DNA from: a virus
Lineage: Duplodnaviria > Caudoviricetes
DNA length: 59,073 bases
Direction: 5' to 3' (one strand)
IMG/VR virus record: IMGVR_UViG_3300034106_001917
Location: 1-59,073 of that record
In this document: piece after piece, positions 38,155 through 46,417 of the stretch
How positions within the stretch are numbered: the first letter of the stretch is position 1
Layout: each line of letters begins with the position of its first letter
Made by a program: the position numbers and the translations under genes
The notes under the pieces: generated by a model
What the model saw: the letters and a program-made list of their open reading frames with translations, nothing else
What the model was told of the DNA's origin: nothing
The model's database searches: none

Positions 38155-39287
38155 GTTTAGACTTTATGATGGATTATGACAAGTTCAAACGAACTTGGTC
38201 AGTCAAAACAGAACTACCAGTAGAATTCAAACTTACATACTCTGCTGACATCTTCAGCCCAAGTAATCAAGATATTGTAAACATCACGAACAGTGATCGT
38301 AGAATTATTGTTATTGATTCTGAAGTGCATGATCTATACAAAGATAGCATTGCAGCATACTTTGGCGCTGTCAAGTTGAGTTGCAAAATACTTTGTGTAG
38401 ACTGCAAAGAAGAAAATAAAAACTGGAAGAATGTAGATCGTATCTTAGACTTTTTTGAACAGAATGGAGTGTTACGCCGTGAACCGATTATCGCAATTGG
38501 CGGGGGTGTCCTGCTTGACATTGTTGGCTTTGCTTGCAGCATTTATCGTCGTGGAATTCCATATATCAAAATCCCCACAACACTTCTGGCGATTGTTGAT
38601 GCATCAGTCGGCTCAAAAGTAGGTGTCAATCATTTAGGTAGACGCAATCGTATTGGTGCGTACTATCCACCATTGGCGACATATATTGATAAGAAGTTTA
38701 TTCGCACACAGAGTGAACGTGAGATTGTCAATGGCATTGCAGAGATATTCAAACTTGCAGTCATCAAATCACCAGAACTATTTCATCTGCTAGAAGAAAA
38801 TGCAGAGATATTGATTGATGAAAAGTTTCAGTATGGTGCAGTGCCAGTTCGTGTAATCAATCTTGCTATCACAGATATGATTGCAGAACTAGGACCAAAC
38901 CTGTGGGAAAAACGATTAGATCGTTGTGTAGATTTTGGTCACACATTTAGTCCTGTGATTGAGATGGCTAACATACCAGAGTTGTTACATGGTGAAGCAG
39001 TAGCGTTAGACTGCTTGTATAGTTCGTGTATTTCATTCATTCGTGGTTACATTGACACAGTTCAATTGAAACGAATCTTTGGTGTTGCAAAGAGATTGAA
39101 ACTAAAAACATTTCATAAAGACTTCACAAACATGAAGTATTTGTTAGAAAGTCTGCGTGATGCAACCAAACATCGTAATGGCGATCAGTATGCACCACTA
39201 CCTATTGCAATTGGCAACTACAAGATTGTCAATGATATCACAGAAGATGAAATGAAATTGGCTATTGATCTTTTTGAGGAGATATGA
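38151..39287 (+). CDS. Sedoheptulose-7-phosphate cyclase, EEVS-type (DHQS superfamily)
   Basis: GGGVLLDIVGF, PTTLLAIVDASVG.K, AEIFK, ELGPNLWE...RCVDFGHTFSP, LLHGEAV. Confidence 0.85.
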   Translation: MSLDFMMDYDKFKRTWSVKTELPVEFKLTYSADIFSPSNQDIVNITNSDRRIIVIDSEVHDLYKDSIAAYFGAVKLSCKILCVDCKEENKNWKNVDRILDFFEQNGVLRREPIIAIGGGVLLDIVGFACSIYRRGIPYIKIPTTLLAIVDASVGSKVGVNHLGRRNRIGAYYPPLATYIDKKFIRTQSEREIVNGIAEIFKLAVIKSPELFHLLEENAEILIDEKFQYGAVPVRVINLAITDMIAELGPNLWEKRLDRCVDFGHTFSPVIEMANIPELLHGEAVALDCLYSSCISFIRGYIDTVQLKRIFGVAKRLKLKTFHKDFTNMKYLLESLRDATKHRNGDQYAPLPIAIGNYKIVNDITEDEMKLAIDLFEEI

Positions 39288-39958
39288 TGCGTAAGGTTGC
39301 TGTAGTCACTGGTTGTAGTTATGGTCTTGGTTATGATATAGCAGGTAGATTAATTGATGAGGGCTATTTTGTTTATGGTCTATCACGTTCACAACCACCT
39401 ATGGACTTGTATTCATATCCCGATACATTTGAATGGGTTGAATGCGACATAACAAAGTCAAAACAAGTTGAAGATGCATTTAAAACAATTGGCACATACA
39501 TTGATGTGCTTGTAAACAATGCTGGTGTGTATGAGTGGGGATTGTTCAAAGACGAACTTTCATTTGAATCGATAGACAAGATTATTGATTTGAATGTCAA
39601 AGGCACGATGTATGTAACACTAAAAGCACTCAAGTTACTGAATAAAGGTAGCGACATTTTCTTCATCAATTCTGTTGCTGGTCTAAAAGAGATGGAATGG
39701 GAAGCAGTTTACTCAGCATCTAAACATGCCATCACAGCATTTGCTGGTGCATTGGGTGCAGAATTACACACACAGATGAATGAGATTCGTGTCACAAGCA
39801 TTCATCCTGGTGGTATACAAACACCTATGCAAAAAGATCACCCAGATAGAAAGAAGTTTTTAGAACCAAAAGAAGTAAGTGACACGATTGTTCATGTCAT
39901 TAAATCAAAAGCAACTTACAAAACAATCAAACTATTTTCGGATGTAGAATGGCACTAA
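39284..39958 (+). CDS. Short-chain dehydrogenase/reductase
   Basis: TGCSYGLG, NNAG, YSASK, HPG. Confidence 0.9.
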   Translation: MMRKVAVVTGCSYGLGYDIAGRLIDEGYFVYGLSRSQPPMDLYSYPDTFEWVECDITKSKQVEDAFKTIGTYIDVLVNNAGVYEWGLFKDELSFESIDKIIDLNVKGTMYVTLKALKLLNKGSDIFFINSVAGLKEMEWEAVYSASKHAITAFAGALGAELHTQMNEIRVTSIHPGGIQTPMQKDHPDRKKFLEPKEVSDTIVHVIKSKATYKTIKLFSDVEWH

Positions 39959-40656
39959 TACCCTCACAACAGATGTTCATTGTAACATCTGCACTCAACC
40001 CAAATATGGGCATACTCAATCGCCAAGAAAGACTTGAACAAACGATTGAAGGTCTTGTGTCACTCAGACGAAAATGTCCAGACGCCATTGTTATTTTGGC
40101 TGATGGTTCACCAGAGCCAGTAGAAAGAGAAAAATATGACAGTATGAGTCAATTTGTCAATCTGATTGTTGATTTTTCTGGTGATAGGGAAATAGCACAA
40201 TTTGCGTCAATTGGCCGTAAAAGTGAAGCAGAGAATGTGTTGATGTTAAAAGTGATGATGCTTTTAAAACAATCAGCGAACATGATGCGATTGATGCATT
40301 CTGTTAGTAGAATTTATAAATTTTCAGCACGGACCGTATTTCTTGATGATTTTGATATAACTGAACATGATCACTTTGGAAAATATGTGTTCAAAAAAAG
40401 AATGCCAACTTGGATGGGCGGTGAAGTTGCTGAAACATTTACTGATTTACTGATTACTCGTTTTTTCTCATTTTGTCCGAGTCTGATTGATGATTATTCA
40501 ATTGTTTGTAGAAGAAATGTTGATGTAATTCAAAATACTAGAGTTGACACTGAACATGCTCATTTCTTCAACATTGAGTCTGACCGTCTTGTAGAACTTG
40601 ATAAAATACACTGTCAAGGTGTCATGGCCAGCACAGGAGCAACGGAAATCTACTAA
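39949..40656 (+). CDS. Hypothetical GT-like protein
   Basis: IVTSAL...R.EQT...LADGS...KS.AE...YKFSAR pattern, within the glycan island. Confidence 0.55.
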   Translation: MALIPSQQMFIVTSALNPNMGILNRQERLEQTIEGLVSLRRKCPDAIVILADGSPEPVEREKYDSMSQFVNLIVDFSGDREIAQFASIGRKSEAENVLMLKVMMLLKQSANMMRLMHSVSRIYKFSARTVFLDDFDITEHDHFGKYVFKKRMPTWMGGEVAETFTDLLITRFFSFCPSLIDDYSIVCRRNVDVIQNTRVDTEHAHFFNIESDRLVELDKIHCQGVMASTGATEIY

Positions 40657-40666
40657 ATACTAAATA
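40653..40666 (+). promoter_or_regulatory. Tandem late-promoter-like motifs
   Basis: CTAAATA-CTAAATA about 30 nt upstream of the 40699 ATG. Confidence 0.55.
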
Positions 40667-40698
40667 ACAGAAACAACTGCCGCAGAGGTAGAGGGATT

Positions 40699-43215
40699 AT
40701 GAAATTTAGAGATTTTCTACGTGAACAGAAAGAGAAACATGCCGTCCTAGCATTTGGCCGCATGAATCCGATTACAAACGGTCACGAAAAACTAGTCAAT
40801 AAAGTCAAAGAGATTGCCGACAAAGTTGGTGGCTCACATCACATCGTTCTGTCACACTCACAGGACGCTAAGAAAAATCCCCTTACAGCAGATCAAAAAG
40901 TCAAACACGCTAAACGTGCATTTCCTGGCACGAACTTCACAGCAGCATCCAAAGATAAACCAACATTCTTTGATCATGCAGAAGCACTTCACAAGAAAGG
41001 TGTAACTCATCTTCATATGGTTGGTGGCTCTGACCGCACAGAAGAATATCACAAACTGTTACACAAGTACAATGGCACACATGAGGGTGCCCGTTTCAAT
41101 TTCAAATCAATCAAAGTACACTCAGCAGGTGAACGTGATCCTGATGCTGAAGGTGTAACTGGTATCTCTGCTTCAAAGATGCGTGAACATGCAAAGAGTG
41201 GCGATCTTGATTCTTTCAAGAAAGGCGCACCATCGTCAATGTCTCATGCCCATGTCAAACAAATGTTCAATGATGTACGTAAAGGTATGAGACTACACGA
41301 AGAAATCATTCGTGAGGGTGTTCACGACAAAGGTATTTTCAAAGCAGTGTTTCTTGGCGGCGGTCCAGGCTCAGGTAAAGATTATGTGTTGAGTAAAACA
41401 CTAGACGGTCATGGGCTGACAGAAATCAATTCAGACAAGGCACTTGAGTATTTGATGGACAAAGAAGGTCTTGATAAGAGAATGCCTGAAGATGAAGAAG
41501 CACAGCGTAATGCTGTTCGTAAACGTGCAAAGAATGTTACAGAGTTGCGTCAACGTTTAGCATTACATGGTCGCAATGGATTGATCATCAATGGTACAGG
41601 TGATGATCCAGAAAAATATGCCAAGATCAAAGACATGCTTGAGAAGTTGGGCTATGAAACTTCGATGATCATGGTCAATACTGCTGATGAAGTATCAAAA
41701 GAAAGAAACATCGAACGTGGTCAACGTGGTGGTCGTACAGTACCAGAAGACATTCGTAAAGAGAAATGGGATTCAGTACAAGCGGCACGACCAATGTTTG
41801 GCAAACTGTTTCGTGACAACTATGTTGAGTTTGATAACTCTGAAGATTTGCGTACAGCCGCACCAGAAGTTGTAGAAGCAAAGACAAAAGAACTAGACGG
41901 CATTTTCAAAAACATACAAAAGTTTGTAGGTAAGCCACCAAAGAATGATTCGGCAAAAGGCTGGATTGCCACAGAGTTGGGTAAGAAAGATACGGCACCA
42001 ATTCGTACTGACATGAAGCCACATAAAGATGCTGGCACACACGATGACATGAATACCATGGGTCTAGAGTATTATGGTTTTGGTCGTTATGGTAAAGATG
42101 GTAAAGTTACACATCGTTCAGTACATGGTAGTCTAGTACCAGTAGAAAAGATTGCAAAGACTGTTGAAACTCATCAAAACAAAATGGCTAAGATGAATGA
42201 AGCCGTTACAGTTTCAGTCACAGGCGATACAGTAGAAGAAGTTACACGTACACTTCGTTTACTCAAGTCGGATGAAGAAGACATGGTAGAAGAAGAGGAA
42301 GTAAATACAATGTCTGATCCTGGTGCATACAATCTACTGATGCTTGGCAAAAGCATGATTAAAGAAGATTTGCGTCAATGGTTTGATCCTAAACATCCCA
42401 AGGGTGGTTGGAAGCGTATCAATAGTAAAGGTGAAGCAATTGGTCCATGTGCCAGAGAACCGGGTGAAGCAAAGCCTAAGTGCATGTCAAATGAAAAGAG
42501 AGCAATGCTATCAAAGAAAGAACGTGCTTCTGCTGTAAAAGCAAAGCGCCGCCATGATCCAAATCCAGAACGCAAAGGCGCACCAATTAATGTGTCGAGT
42601 TTTGGTAAAGGTAAGATTAGTGAAGAAACAGAGAAGAAACAAAAGTTGTTGACAGATAAAAATGGTAAAACACGATTGTTTTATATTCGTGGTTCAGCGG
42701 CAAAAGAAGCACACCAGAAAGGTGGCACAGTAGCAAAAGTAGGCAATAGATATGTTGTCAAACTAAAAGAGGACTTACATGAAATACATTCACCTGATAA
42801 TTCTGCGATTGAAGCAATTTATGGACAGAATAGTTCCACCCCATCAGCCAAAGAACTTGGAAAAGTTAGAACCGGTACTGGAAGAAAAGATCGACCAGCC
42901 CTTGACAAGCCCGTTGCCGAAGGAAGAAGAACAATCAGTCTTGCCAGCATCAAAGAAAACTTCCAGAAAAAAGTCGAAGAATCAATCGACAAAGGCATAG
43001 AACCTGGTATTTCAATGGCGGGTGCTGGTGAATCTCCTGCTAGAGACATGGGTGAGAAGTTGAGCAAGAAAGGCAAAGCAACACAAGTTGTACCAAAGAA
43101 CATTAGTGAACTTACTGGCGATACAACCACAGCATCAATCGGTGATCAAAAAGAAGATGAATTGAAGAAAAAAGGTATCTCACTTATAACATTTAAAAAG
43201 AGAAACTACATATGA
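40699..43215 (+). CDS. Multidomain putative internal virion protein: HIGH-family nucleotidyltransferase, P-loop (zeta-toxin/Pnk-like) kinase and small C-terminal modules
   Basis: FGRMNPITNGH/GSDR/ISASKMR; GGPGSGKD/INSD/IINGTG/RN..R..R; N-terminus MKFRDFLRE. Confidence 0.75.
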   Translation: MKFRDFLREQKEKHAVLAFGRMNPITNGHEKLVNKVKEIADKVGGSHHIVLSHSQDAKKNPLTADQKVKHAKRAFPGTNFTAASKDKPTFFDHAEALHKKGVTHLHMVGGSDRTEEYHKLLHKYNGTHEGARFNFKSIKVHSAGERDPDAEGVTGISASKMREHAKSGDLDSFKKGAPSSMSHAHVKQMFNDVRKGMRLHEEIIREGVHDKGIFKAVFLGGGPGSGKDYVLSKTLDGHGLTEINSDKALEYLMDKEGLDKRMPEDEEAQRNAVRKRAKNVTELRQRLALHGRNGLIINGTGDDPEKYAKIKDMLEKLGYETSMIMVNTADEVSKERNIERGQRGGRTVPEDIRKEKWDSVQAARPMFGKLFRDNYVEFDNSEDLRTAAPEVVEAKTKELDGIFKNIQKFVGKPPKNDSAKGWIATELGKKDTAPIRTDMKPHKDAGTHDDMNTMGLEYYGFGRYGKDGKVTHRSVHGSLVPVEKIAKTVETHQNKMAKMNEAVTVSVTGDTVEEVTRTLRLLKSDEEDMVEEEEVNTMSDPGAYNLLMLGKSMIKEDLRQWFDPKHPKGGWKRINSKGEAIGPCAREPGEAKPKCMSNEKRAMLSKKERASAVKAKRRHDPNPERKGAPINVSSFGKGKISEETEKKQKLLTDKNGKTRLFYIRGSAAKEAHQKGGTVAKVGNRYVVKLKEDLHEIHSPDNSAIEAIYGQNSSTPSAKELGKVRTGTGRKDRPALDKPVAEGRRTISLASIKENFQKKVEESIDKGIEPGISMAGAGESPARDMGEKLSKKGKATQVVPKNISELTGDTTTASIGDQKEDELKKKGISLITFKKRNYI

Positions 43216-43739
43216 AATCGTTCAAAGATTACATGACAGAAAGATGCTGGCCAGGTTACAAACCAGCACCGGGCAAAAAAGCATATGCCAAAGGCTCATG
43301 TGTAAAAGAAGAGAGAGAAGGTGATGCTGGTGGTGCAGACAATCCCGTATTCACAAAGCCAAAGATGAAGATGGGTGTCAACAAAGCGATTGCTAAAATT
43401 TCAAAAGAAGAATATGAAGCCGACGATGGTCCATTGACAGAAGATCAGTTGAATCAGTTAAAAGAAGGTGAAGCATGGACACGCAAAGAAGGACAGTCTG
43501 AGTCTGGCGGTTTGAATCGTAAAGGTATTGAATCATATCGTCGTGCTAACCCAGGTTCAAAATTATCGATGGCTGTAACAACAAAACCAAGCAAACTGAA
43601 GCCAGGTTCAAAAGCAGCGAATCGTCGTAAATCATTCTGTGCAAGAATGGGCGGGATGAAGCGTAGACTAACATCAGCAAAGACAGCACGTGATCCAGAT
43701 TCACGTATCAATAAAGCCTTAAGAAAATGGAATTGCTGA
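43212..43739 (+). CDS. Putative internal head protein (DUF6321-like C-terminal module)
   Basis: MKSFKDYMTE|RCWPGY...; AWTRKEG...GGLN.KG...RRKSFCARM...RKWNC. Confidence 0.7.
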   Translation: MKSFKDYMTERCWPGYKPAPGKKAYAKGSCVKEEREGDAGGADNPVFTKPKMKMGVNKAIAKISKEEYEADDGPLTEDQLNQLKEGEAWTRKEGQSESGGLNRKGIESYRRANPGSKLSMAVTTKPSKLKPGSKAANRRKSFCARMGGMKRRLTSAKTARDPDSRINKALRKWNC

Positions 43740-43966
43740 TGAAAACATTTAAATCCTTCATAGTTGAAGAAAAGAAAGCAACAATAACTAAGAAAGAAAG
43801 TTATCGTGGCAGAACAACAGCCGATGTTGAATATAATGTGCATGATGAAAATGGCCGTCTTATTAGAACCACAAAAACTAAAAGAGAAGCAAAAATGTGG
43901 AAAGATATGCATGAACTATCAAGGGAAGAAATGCATAAAAAATATCCGGAGTTAAAGCCAAAATGA
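43739..43966 (+). CDS. Putative small internal head protein
   Basis: Starts MKTFKSFIVE; TGATG coupling. Confidence 0.65.
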   Translation: MKTFKSFIVEEKKATITKKESYRGRTTADVEYNVHDENGRLIRTTKTKREAKMWKDMHELSREEMHKKYPELKPK

Positions 43967-44241
43967 AAACTTTCAAACAACATTTAGAAGAAGCAACATA
44001 TCAGGGTAAAGAAGTACCATTGAACAAGCCTATGCCGGGTGACGTAAAGAAATCAAAAGTTTACGTCGATCCGGATGGTGATGGTAAAGCACAAAAAATA
44101 AATTTTGGTGATAAGAATCTGTCAATCAAAAAAGATCAACCAGCACGTAAGAAATCATACTGTGCTAGATCAGGCGGCATTAAAGGTACAAGTGATAAGA
44201 CTTCAGCAAATTATTGGTCAAGAAAGGCATGGGACTGCTAA
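43963..44241 (+). CDS. Putative small internal head protein
   Basis: MKTFKQHLEE|ATYQG...KINFGD...RKKSYCAR...ANYWS. Confidence 0.7.
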   Translation: MKTFKQHLEEATYQGKEVPLNKPMPGDVKKSKVYVDPDGDGKAQKINFGDKNLSIKKDQPARKKSYCARSGGIKGTSDKTSANYWSRKAWDC

Positions 44242-45552
44242 GTGGCACAATTTAGAACCGACCTACACAAGATAGATTCTGGACAAGTATTCACTCGTTA
44301 TGAAGTGAATATGATGTCTGATCGTCTTACGCCATCTGGTACTATGACAGATGCGTTTGGTCGTTTACGTATATCACAACCACTTACTCTTTTCGACAGC
44401 ACACATCGTTTTGCTGATAATGGATTATGGGTAACAGCAAATACAGCAGGAAATAGTTCATATGCCTTTGTGAACAATCAAAGTATGATTACAATGACTG
44501 TAGGAACAACTGCAAATGCTGAAGTCATTCGTGAGACAACAAAAGTATTTTCATACCAGCCAGGTAAATCTTTGTTGATTATGTCAACATTTGCTATGAA
44601 CACACCAAAGGCAAATGTGCGTCAAAGAGTTGGATATCATGGCGCAGAGAACGGAATCTATCTTGAGAATGACGGAACAACAAATTACTTTGTATTAAGA
44701 AGCAACACATCAGGTACGATTACAGAAGAAAGAGTTGCACAATCAAACTGGAATATAGACAAGTTTGACGGCACAGGATACTCAGCACAAAGCGGTGGTG
44801 CAGAACACACTGGTGGACTTGATGTAAGCAAAACAAATATTCTTTGGATGGATATTGAATGGCTCGGTGTTGGTGATGTTCGTTGTGGATTTGTCGTTGA
44901 TGGTAAACTAACTCCGGCACACATATTCCATAACGATAATGTAAACACAGTTCCCTACATGACAACTGCAACATTACCGTTGCGATATGAAATCAAGAAT
45001 ACTGGAGTTACCGCAAGTAATTCTACTTTGAAACAAATCTGCTCAACAGTAATTTCTGAAGGTGGCTACGAATTATATGGTACACAACAGGCCATTCAAA
45101 CACCTGTTGATACTCCGATTGATTTACCTGTTGCAGGAACATATTACAATCTAATTTCTCTGAGACTCAAATCAACAAGATTGGATGCAATTGCTATTCT
45201 TACTGCGATATCTTTATTAGCCGTAACGAACAATTCATATTATAATTGGCAAATTAGAGCAGGCGGCACAACAACTGGTGGAACATGGGTGAGTGCGGGA
45301 GATAATTCTGCCGTAGAGTATAAGATAGATGCCGCAACAATTACTGGTGGAAGAGTGTTAGCATCAGGCTTTACAACTTCTACTACACAAAGTTCTATGC
45401 CAGTAGATATTCTTAGAGAAGCACTATTCAAGTTTCAATTAGAGAGAAATGGTTTAACGAATACCCCATACGAAATCACATTGTGTGTAGCAGCATCATT
45501 TGCTGGTTCTGATATTTTTGCAGCAATGGATTGGGAAGAAGTCACAAGATAA
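44242..45552 (+). CDS. Putative virion structural protein (beta-rich)
   Basis: DAFGRLRIS, YQPGKS, WLGVG.VR.GF; T/S/G/N-rich; GTG start directly after the previous stop. Confidence 0.65.
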   Translation: MAQFRTDLHKIDSGQVFTRYEVNMMSDRLTPSGTMTDAFGRLRISQPLTLFDSTHRFADNGLWVTANTAGNSSYAFVNNQSMITMTVGTTANAEVIRETTKVFSYQPGKSLLIMSTFAMNTPKANVRQRVGYHGAENGIYLENDGTTNYFVLRSNTSGTITEERVAQSNWNIDKFDGTGYSAQSGGAEHTGGLDVSKTNILWMDIEWLGVGDVRCGFVVDGKLTPAHIFHNDNVNTVPYMTTATLPLRYEIKNTGVTASNSTLKQICSTVISEGGYELYGTQQAIQTPVDTPIDLPVAGTYYNLISLRLKSTRLDAIAILTAISLLAVTNNSYYNWQIRAGGTTTGGTWVSAGDNSAVEYKIDAATITGGRVLASGFTTSTTQSSMPVDILREALFKFQLERNGLTNTPYEITLCVAASFAGSDIFAAMDWEEVTR

Positions 45553-45575
45553 TAAAACTAAATCAGGAGAACAAC

Positions 45576-46415
45576 ATGTCAATTTTCAATGACAAAGCAC
45601 TGAAAGGTGTAGCAGCAGAAGTAGCAAAGATCATGGCTGAAACAAGTCATGGCTCACAACCAAAAACAGACAAAGAGAAATCTTTGGCAGCACTGGCACA
45701 TCCAAAAGATAAGATCACACACAAAGATGTGTTAGTTGGTCGTGGTGTACTGAAGAAAGAAGAGAAAGAACAACTGGATGAAGCATTTCCAACAGTAGCA
45801 GATGCCAAGAAGCGTATGGATGCTGGTAAGACTGCAACAGGCTCAGTCACAAAAACAGCAACAGGTCTTGTACATAAGCGTGACTACAAAGACGATGATG
45901 CTGATGAAGCACCAAAGAAAAACACAGGTTACGGTGCCCGTCAAAACTTCAAGCGTTCAACACGTGTAAATGAATCAACATCATTTACGAAAATGCTTGA
46001 ACTGTACAATGAACATGGTCTGAAAGTTTTGGCACCAATTGAAACTGAAGAAGAACAAATTGGTGATCACACAATTCAAGTCATTGATGCTGACAAAGTA
46101 AATGGCGTTGTTGAGACAATCGTTGAAGAGCCAACAAATGATGAGTTCACAAAAGAATATGAAGATCAAAAAGCAAGTTTTGAAGGTAAAAAGAAACAAC
46201 CAAAAGTTGCTGCTGGTAAGACAACTGGCGTAAAAGAAATGCCTGAAAGTTATCAGCAAATTGATGAACGTGAACTGACAAAAGGTGAAGCCAAGAAGAA
46301 AGAAGAATATGTAAAAGGTATGAAAAAAGGTCTTTCTGGTTTCAAACAGCGTTATGGTGAAAGAGCAAAATCGGTAATGTATGCTACGGCTACAAAAATG
46401 GCTAAAAAGGACTAA
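45576..46415 (+). CDS. Modular charged protein, putative internal head protein
   Basis: SD AGGAG; modules separated by EQLDE, VNE, IVEE and QIDE; C-terminal RYGERAKSVMYATATK. Confidence 0.7.
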   Translation: MSIFNDKALKGVAAEVAKIMAETSHGSQPKTDKEKSLAALAHPKDKITHKDVLVGRGVLKKEEKEQLDEAFPTVADAKKRMDAGKTATGSVTKTATGLVHKRDYKDDDADEAPKKNTGYGARQNFKRSTRVNESTSFTKMLELYNEHGLKVLAPIETEEEQIGDHTIQVIDADKVNGVVETIVEEPTNDEFTKEYEDQKASFEGKKKQPKVAAGKTTGVKEMPESYQQIDERELTKGEAKKKEEYVKGMKKGLSGFKQRYGERAKSVMYATATKMAKKD

Positions 46416-46417
46416 TC

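Noticed and set aside
38151-39287. Shikimate-pathway AroB, or a mycosporine/gadusol sunscreen cluster
   Set aside because: The motifs are EEVS-like, there is no ATP-grasp ligase or MT-Ox fusion nearby, and the neighbours are a kinase, a nucleotidyltransferase and GTs.
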